Positions 58,183 to 64,000 of a stretch of DNA of 64,000 bases are shown in pieces. Source of the DNA: an uncultured Candidatus Rokubacteria bacterium (GTDB lineage: Bacteria > Methylomirabilota > Methylomirabilia > Rokubacteriales > CSP1-6). The stretch lies in the NCBI GenBank assembly GCA_963754315.1, contig CAVWFS010000008.1, positions 96,001 to 160,000 of the forward strand, written 5' to 3'. Both the position numbers and the translations under genes were made by a program. The notes beneath the pieces were generated by a model, which saw nothing but the letters and a program-made list of their open reading frames with translations, did not search any database and was not told the origin of the DNA. The number at the start of each line of letters is the position of its first letter. The stretch's first letter is position 1.

Positions 58183-61100
58183 ATGGCGGCCGAAGACCTG
58201 GCCCAGCGAGCTGTGGAGCTGGCCGAGGCGCTGCTGCACGAGGCGCGCGCCCAGCAGACGACCGAGGAGCGCGCCCAGGCCCGGAAGCTTGCTCGCATGA
58301 TCGCCGACCCCGAGGGCAAGGAGCTCACCATCGCCCTGGCCGATCAGGCCTTCCGGAGCCGGCGCCCGGCGCGCATCGCCGATCAGCTCGGCTATCTCCT
58401 GGAACGGTACGGCGTTCCCCAGTACATGGACTGGTGGGAGCGGGTCGCGCTTCTCCTGGGCGGGGCCATGGCGCACTATCTGCCCAGCCTGGTCGTTCCG
58501 CCTATCGTCAGCCGCCTGCGCCAAGAGACCCAGAATGTCATCCTGCCCGGAGAGGAGGAGGACCTTCGCCGCTATCTCGCCGAGCGGCGACGGGCAGGCA
58601 CCCGCCTCAATCTGAACCAACTCGGTGAGGCGATTCTGGGTGAAGGGGAGGCGGCGCGCCGCCTCGAGGCGTACTTGGCCCTGCTCGCCCGGGATGATGT
58701 CGAGTACATCTCGGTGAAGATCTCGTCGATCTTCAGTCAGATTGAGCTCGTCGCCTTTACCCTGACCATCGCGCGCGTGGCGGAACGGCTCCGTGCACTT
58801 TACCGAGCGGCCTTGCGCCACGAATACCGCCATCCCGACGGACGGATCACGCCGAAGTTCATCAACCTCGACATGGAGGAGTATCGCGATCTCGCGCTCA
58901 CGGTGGTGGCCTTCCGCCAGGTGCTCGACGAGCGCGAGTTTCTGACCCTCAACGCGGGCCTCGTGCTCCAGGCATATCTACCCGACTCCTACCAGGTGCA
59001 GCGGGAACTCACCGCCTGGGCCCGCGAGCGCTGCGCCCGTGGCGGGGCGCCGATCAAGGTGCGGATCGTCAAGGGAGCGAACCTCGGCATGGAGCGCATC
59101 GAGGCAGCGCTGCACGGCTGGCCCCAGGCTCCCTTCGAGCGCAAAGTCGAGGTGGACGCCAACTACAAGCGCATGGTCGAGTACGGCTGCCGGCCAGAGC
59201 ACGCACGCGCCGTTCGCCTCGGCATCGCCAGTCACAATCTCTTCGACATCGCGTACGGCCTCCTCCTGCGTCAAGCGCACGGCGTCGAGTCCTGGGTCGA
59301 GTTCGAGATGCTGGAAGGCATGGCCAACCATCAGGCGCGGGCGGTCCAGGCGCGGGCCGGTGGCCTCCTCCTCTACGCCCCTGTCGTGAAAGCCGAGGAT
59401 TTTCCGAGCGCCATTGCCTATCTCGTCCGCAGGCTCGACGAGAACACGGCGCCTGAGAATTTCCTTCGCCACGTGTTCGACCTGGAGCCGGGGTCGCCCG
59501 AGTGGGCGGCCGAGCGGGACCGCTTCCTGATGGCCTTCCGTCTCGAGTCAGAGGGCTATCTGGCTCGCCACGCCGCACCCAGGACCGGAGCATCGAAGCG
59601 GGCGCCTCCACATCGAGCCGCACGGTGGGTGTGCGTTTTGAAAACGAGCCGGACACCGACTGGACGCTCGCGGCCAACCGTGCCTGGATCGAAAGGTCCT
59701 ACGTCGCTGGCAGGGCCGATCGCCCGAGTCGATTCCCCTCCCCGTGCGGGCGTTGGAGGAACATGGCCAGGCCACGCCTCCCCAGGGTGACGGGCACGAT
59801 CCCTCACGGCCGAGATACATCGCCTATCGCTATGCTCTCGCCGATGAGGACGATGTCGATCGTACCCTCGATGTTGCTCGGACGGCAGTCGGAGTCTGGG
59901 CCGCCCGCCCTGCCACCGAGCGCCGCGCCCTGCTGGACGCGTGCGCCGAGGAGCTCGCTCGGCGACGCGGCGATCTCATAGGCGCCATGGTCCTCGACGG
60001 CGCCAAGACGGTGACGGAGGCCGATCCGGAGGTCTCCGAGGCCATCGACTTCGCTCGTTACTATCCACGGACGCTGCTCGAGGCTGCTGATGAGCTTGCC
60101 GGCTGCCGCGCGGTGCCGCTTGGGGTGGTGGTCGTCACCCCGCCCTGGAACTTTCCGCTCGCCATCCCCGCCGGCGGCGTCTTCGCGGCCCTCGCCGCAG
60201 GCAACGCCGTCGTGCTCAAGCCGGCGCCGGAAGCGGTGCTGGTGGCCTGGCAGCTGACCAACTGCTTGTGGAACGCCGGCATTCCGCGCGACGTCCTTCA
60301 ATTTCTGCCGTGTCCCGACAACGAGGTCGGACGGGCGCTCGTCACCGATCCACGGGTTGCCGCCGTGATCCTCACCGGATCGGTGGAGACCGCGCGCCGC
60401 TTTCTGGAGTGGCGCCCGGATCTTCGGCTCTTCGCCGAGACCAGTGGAAAGAACGCCATCATCATCACCGCGCTCGCCGACCGCGATCAGACGATCCGCG
60501 ACCTCGTGCGCTCAGCCTTCGGTCACAACGGTCAGAAGTGCTCGGCGGCGAGCCTGGCTATCTGCGAGGGCGAAGTTTACGATGACCCCGGCTTCCGGCG
60601 CCAGCTTCGGGATGCCGCGGCGAGCCTCAATGTCGGAAGCGCGTGGGACCTGGCCAGCCGGATCACTCCGCTCACCCAGCCGCCCGGGCCTGCCCTCCGC
60701 CGCGCGCTCACAGCCCTGGACGATGGTGAGGAGTGGCTGCTGGAGCCACGGCAGGCGATCGACAACCCGCAGCTCTGGTCGCCTGGAATCAAGCTCGGAG
60801 TGCGCCCCGGGTCATTCTTCCACCTCACCGAATGCTTCGGCCCCGTGCTGGGGCTCATGCGCGCCGAGGATCTCGACGAGGCCATCGGCCTTGCCAATGC
60901 GCAGCCGTTCGGGCTCACCGGCGGGATCCACACCCTCGACGATCGCGAGATCGCCCACTGGCTCGACCGTGTCGACGCAGGGAATCTCTACGTGAACCGC
61001 CATATCACGGGCGCGATCGTGCGTCGACAGCCCTTTGGAGGGTGGAAGGCCTCGTCAGTCGGACCGGGGGCCAAGGCGGGAGGACCCAACTATGTGCTCC

Positions 61101-61800
61101 AGCTCACGCGCTGGCGGCAGGAGACCAGGCTCGGCGTCGGAAGCGAAACTCTCCCGGAGGTGCTGGGGGGCTACTCGACCGGTGTCTGGCCGAGCTGACC
61201 AGCGCCACCGCGCGCGATCTCGTGCGCGCTAGCGCCGCGAGTTACGCCCGTGCCTGGCTCAACCACTTCAACCGCGAGCACGACCCGAGCGCAGTGCTGG
61301 GCGAGCAGAACGTGTTTCGCTACCGCCCCTGCCGCAGGCTCATCGCGCGTGGTTCCATCGACGGCGTGGAGGCCGCGGCGACCCTGTGCCAGGTCGTACT
61401 GGCTGCGCGGATGGCCGGCGTCGCCCTGACGGTGAGCTTGCCGGCTGGCGAGTCTCCGTGGGGCTGGCTGGCAGAACCTGAGCACACAGCGGTGGTGGTG
61501 GAGACTGAGGCCGCCCTTGCCGGGCGCTTGGCTCACGAGGGGGATGCGGATCGCATCCGGGTGTGGGAGGCCGTTTCGACACAACTGCGCGTAGCCGCCC
61601 ATCTCGCGGGGATCGCCGTGATCGACGCGCCCGTCCTCGCCAATGGACGCCTGGAGCTTCGCTGGTACCTGCGCGAACAGGCGATGTCCCGAGTTCTCCA
61701 TCGTTATGGCAGCCTGCTCCACACCTCGTCGCCGAGGCGAGGGATCCTGATCAGCCGTCTAGCGCAGCTGAACGCGGGCCGCCGCGCGCCCGTGCTATAA
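58183..61800 (+). CDS. putA: Bifunctional proline dehydrogenase / P5C dehydrogenase, at least 3 frameshifts (about 59550, 59700-59790, 61170)
   Basis: NLDMEEY, RIVKGAN, ASHN and YLVRRLDEN (ProDH); FENEPDTD linker; PWNFP, ETSGKNA, GQKCSA, ECFGP and QPFGGWK (P5CDH). Confidence 0.9.
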
Positions 61801-61851
61801 GACGCATCGCGTCGTGCCTGAGTGTCCCCCATAACAAGGAGAAACACACAT

Positions 61852-62709
61852 ATGAAGTTCGGATTGCACTCGGTCAACTTGCACACCTGCAGCTTTCCTG
61901 ACGCAGTCGCGCGGCTGGGCCGAGCGGCGGAGGCCGCCGGTTTCGAATCCCTCTGGGTCGCCGACCACGTGGTGCTTCCTGATCCGCCGGTGCCCGAGCG
62001 CCCGATGCCACCCGACCAGCGTCTGCTGGACCCAATCGTGGCCCTCACGTACCTTGCCGCCCACACGTCACGCATCCGTCTCGGCACGGGAGTCATCATC
62101 CTGCCGCAGCGTCAGGCCCTCGTGCTGGCCAAGCAGCTCGCATCGCTCGACGTACTCTCGAACGGCCGGCTGATCTTCGGGCTCGGGGTCGGCTGGTGCG
62201 AGCCCGAGATGCGCTCGGTCGGGGCGCCGTTCGCCGAGCGCGGCCGTGTCGCCGACGATTACCTGGCGGCCATGCGCGCGGTCTGGACGCAGCCGAAGCC
62301 CTCGTACCGAGGCCCCTACGTGTCATTCGACGGAATTCAAGCGATGCCCAGACCAGTTCAGACGCCGACGCCGCCCATCGTCGTGGGCGGACGAACGCCG
62401 CCGGCCTTCCGACGCGCGGTAACTCAGGCCCACGGCTGGTATGGATTCGGACTCGACGTGGGCGACACGCAGAAGCTGGTGGGCGCGCTGCACGACGCAG
62501 CGCAACGGCATCCGCGCCCGGCGGAACTCGGCACCCTGGAGATCAGCGTGACTCCTCCAGGCTATGACGTGCCCAACCGCTCGACCCTCGAGGCCTACGC
62601 GACCGCTGGCGTTCACCGTTTGATCCTGAGACCCCGTCCGGACATGGATGCACCAGCCCTGGAGCGGTATGCCGCGGAGACCGGCCGCACCCTGGGTCTC
62701 AAAGGCTGA
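61852..62709 (+). CDS. LLM class F420/flavin-dependent oxidoreductase
   Basis: GFESLWVADHV, LAKQLASLDVLSNGRL and PPIVVGG motifs. Confidence 0.9.
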   Translation: MKFGLHSVNLHTCSFPDAVARLGRAAEAAGFESLWVADHVVLPDPPVPERPMPPDQRLLDPIVALTYLAAHTSRIRLGTGVIILPQRQALVLAKQLASLDVLSNGRLIFGLGVGWCEPEMRSVGAPFAERGRVADDYLAAMRAVWTQPKPSYRGPYVSFDGIQAMPRPVQTPTPPIVVGGRTPPAFRRAVTQAHGWYGFGLDVGDTQKLVGALHDAAQRHPRPAELGTLEISVTPPGYDVPNRSTLEAYATAGVHRLILRPRPDMDAPALERYAAETGRTLGLKG

Positions 62710-62711
62710 CA

Positions 62712-63734
62712 ATGGACAGGGCCGATTGGCTCGCTCAGGTGAGGGAAGACGTCCTCGAACCTGAGCTGGCGATCTGCGACCCGCATCACCACCTCTGGGA
62801 CCATCCGGCGCGACGTTACCTTTTGGATGAGCTACTCGCGGATACCGGAAGTGGGCACAAGGTCGTGTCAACGGTGTTCGTGGAGTGTATGTCGATGTAT
62901 CGTGCCGACGGTCCGGAGCCGATTCGGCCGGTCGGCGAGACGGAATTCGTCAACGGGGTGGCCGCCATGAGCGCCAGTGGCGGCTACGGGCCGACACGCG
63001 TGGCGGCGGGGATCGTGAGCTTCGCCGATCTCACTCTGGGCGATCGAGTAGGCCACGTGCTCGATGCTCACGTGGCGGCGAGCCCACGCTTTCGCGGCAT
63101 CCGCCACGCTGCGGGTTGGGACTCAAGCGACCAGATACGGAACTCTCACACCCGTCCTCCGCCGGGACTTCTCGGTCAGCCGCGTTTCCGCCAGGGGTTC
63201 GCCGAGCTGGCCCGGCGTGGTCTCACCTTCGACGCCTGGTTGTATCACCCCCAGATTCCTGAGCTGACCAGCCTGGCCCGGGCGTTTCCCGCCACCACGA
63301 TCGTGCTCGATCACTTGGGCGGACCCCTCGGGATCGGCCCCTACGATGGCCGGCGGGCTGAGGTCTTCGTCGAGTGGCAGCGCGCCATCGAGGAGCTGGC
63401 GCGCTGCCCGAACGTGGTGGCCAAGCTTGGGGGCCTTGTCATGCCCATCAACGGCCTCGGGTTTCACCGCCGCCCACGCCCCGCCACCTCGACCGAGCTG
63501 GTCGATGCGACGCGGGACTGGTACCTGCATGCCATCGACTGCTTCGGCCCGGAGCGCTCGATGTTCGAGAGCAACTTTCCCGTCGACAAGGCAAGCTGCT
63601 CGTACCACGTCCTCTGGAATGCCTTCAAGCGCGTCACCGCCAAGTTCGGGGCCGCCGACAAGGCGGCTTTGTTCCACGACACGGCCGCGCGCGTATATCG
63701 CCTGCACCCGCCCGGTAGGGACGCGCGCGCGTGA
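62712..63734 (+). CDS. Amidohydrolase family protein
   Basis: DPHHHLW, VLDHLGGP and MFESNFPVD motifs. Confidence 0.92.
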   Translation: MDRADWLAQVREDVLEPELAICDPHHHLWDHPARRYLLDELLADTGSGHKVVSTVFVECMSMYRADGPEPIRPVGETEFVNGVAAMSASGGYGPTRVAAGIVSFADLTLGDRVGHVLDAHVAASPRFRGIRHAAGWDSSDQIRNSHTRPPPGLLGQPRFRQGFAELARRGLTFDAWLYHPQIPELTSLARAFPATTIVLDHLGGPLGIGPYDGRRAEVFVEWQRAIEELARCPNVVAKLGGLVMPINGLGFHRRPRPATSTELVDATRDWYLHAIDCFGPERSMFESNFPVDKASCSYHVLWNAFKRVTAKFGAADKAALFHDTAARVYRLHPPGRDARA

Positions 63735-64000
63735 CGTCCGGCGTGTACGTTCCTCCCATCGATCCGACGAAGATCGCGGCGCCGAGCCGTGAGATTTACC
63801 GGCTCATGGGTGAGGACAACATCGTTCGGATGGTGGAGGACCTCTATCGCGAGCTCGAGCAGTCTCCGCTACGCCCCATGTTTCCCGCCGACATGGTGGC
63901 GGCGTCCCGCAAATCGGCGGCCTTTTTCGTGGGTCTGCTCGGCGGGCCACCGCTTTACCATCAGCGCTACGGCAACCCCATGATGCGTGCCCGACATCTC
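63731..64000 (+). CDS. Group II truncated hemoglobin (3' partial; absent from the ORF track)
   Basis: GTG overlaps the previous stop; reads IYRLMGEDNIVRMVEDLY...MFP...LLGGPPLYHQRYGNPMMRARHL. Confidence 0.85.
   Translation, partial: MTSGVYVPPIDPTKIAAPSREIYRLMGEDNIVRMVEDLYRELEQSPLRPMFPADMVAASRKSAAFFVGLLGGPPLYHQRYGNPMMRARHL

Noticed and set aside
58183..61800. Programmed frameshifting in putA or other genes
   Set aside because: Multiple scattered shifts with no consistent slippery site; more simply explained by sequencing error or decay.

Overview
GC-rich bacterial window of about 55 genes, mostly metabolic and transport. The lineage is possibly a soil Rokubacteria/Methylomirabilota-like organism (inference only). 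No rRNA, tRNA, CRISPR array or transposase was seen. The centrepiece (23.3-34.2 kb) is a selenoprotein reductase cluster of the glycine/sarcosine/betaine reductase family, built from two convergent units: grdB1(Sec)-grdE-like1-grdC-grdA(Sec)-barrel protein-PhyH dioxygenase on +, and grdE-like2-[85-bp structured tandem repeat]-grdB2(Sec)-DsbA/FrnE on -. The ORF track breaks these genes at in-frame TGA codons, each followed by a SECIS-like hairpin. A fourth hidden selenoprotein (DsbA/FrnE with UPWC) lies at 6.4-7.0 kb. Both GrdE-like proteins lack the pyruvoyl-forming Cys segment, and no grdD or thioredoxin system is present in the cluster, suggesting a non-canonical reductase with unknown substrates in an apparently O2-using organism. 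Other highlights are a GAF protein whose C-terminus reads as a cryptic class III nucleotide cyclase, a heme-c/HAMP sensor paired with a cyclase, a dispersed structured repeat with compensatory base changes, a xanthine-dehydrogenase-family operon and putA. Several single-base frameshifts look like sequencing errors. All calls come from reading motifs by eye; no searches were run.
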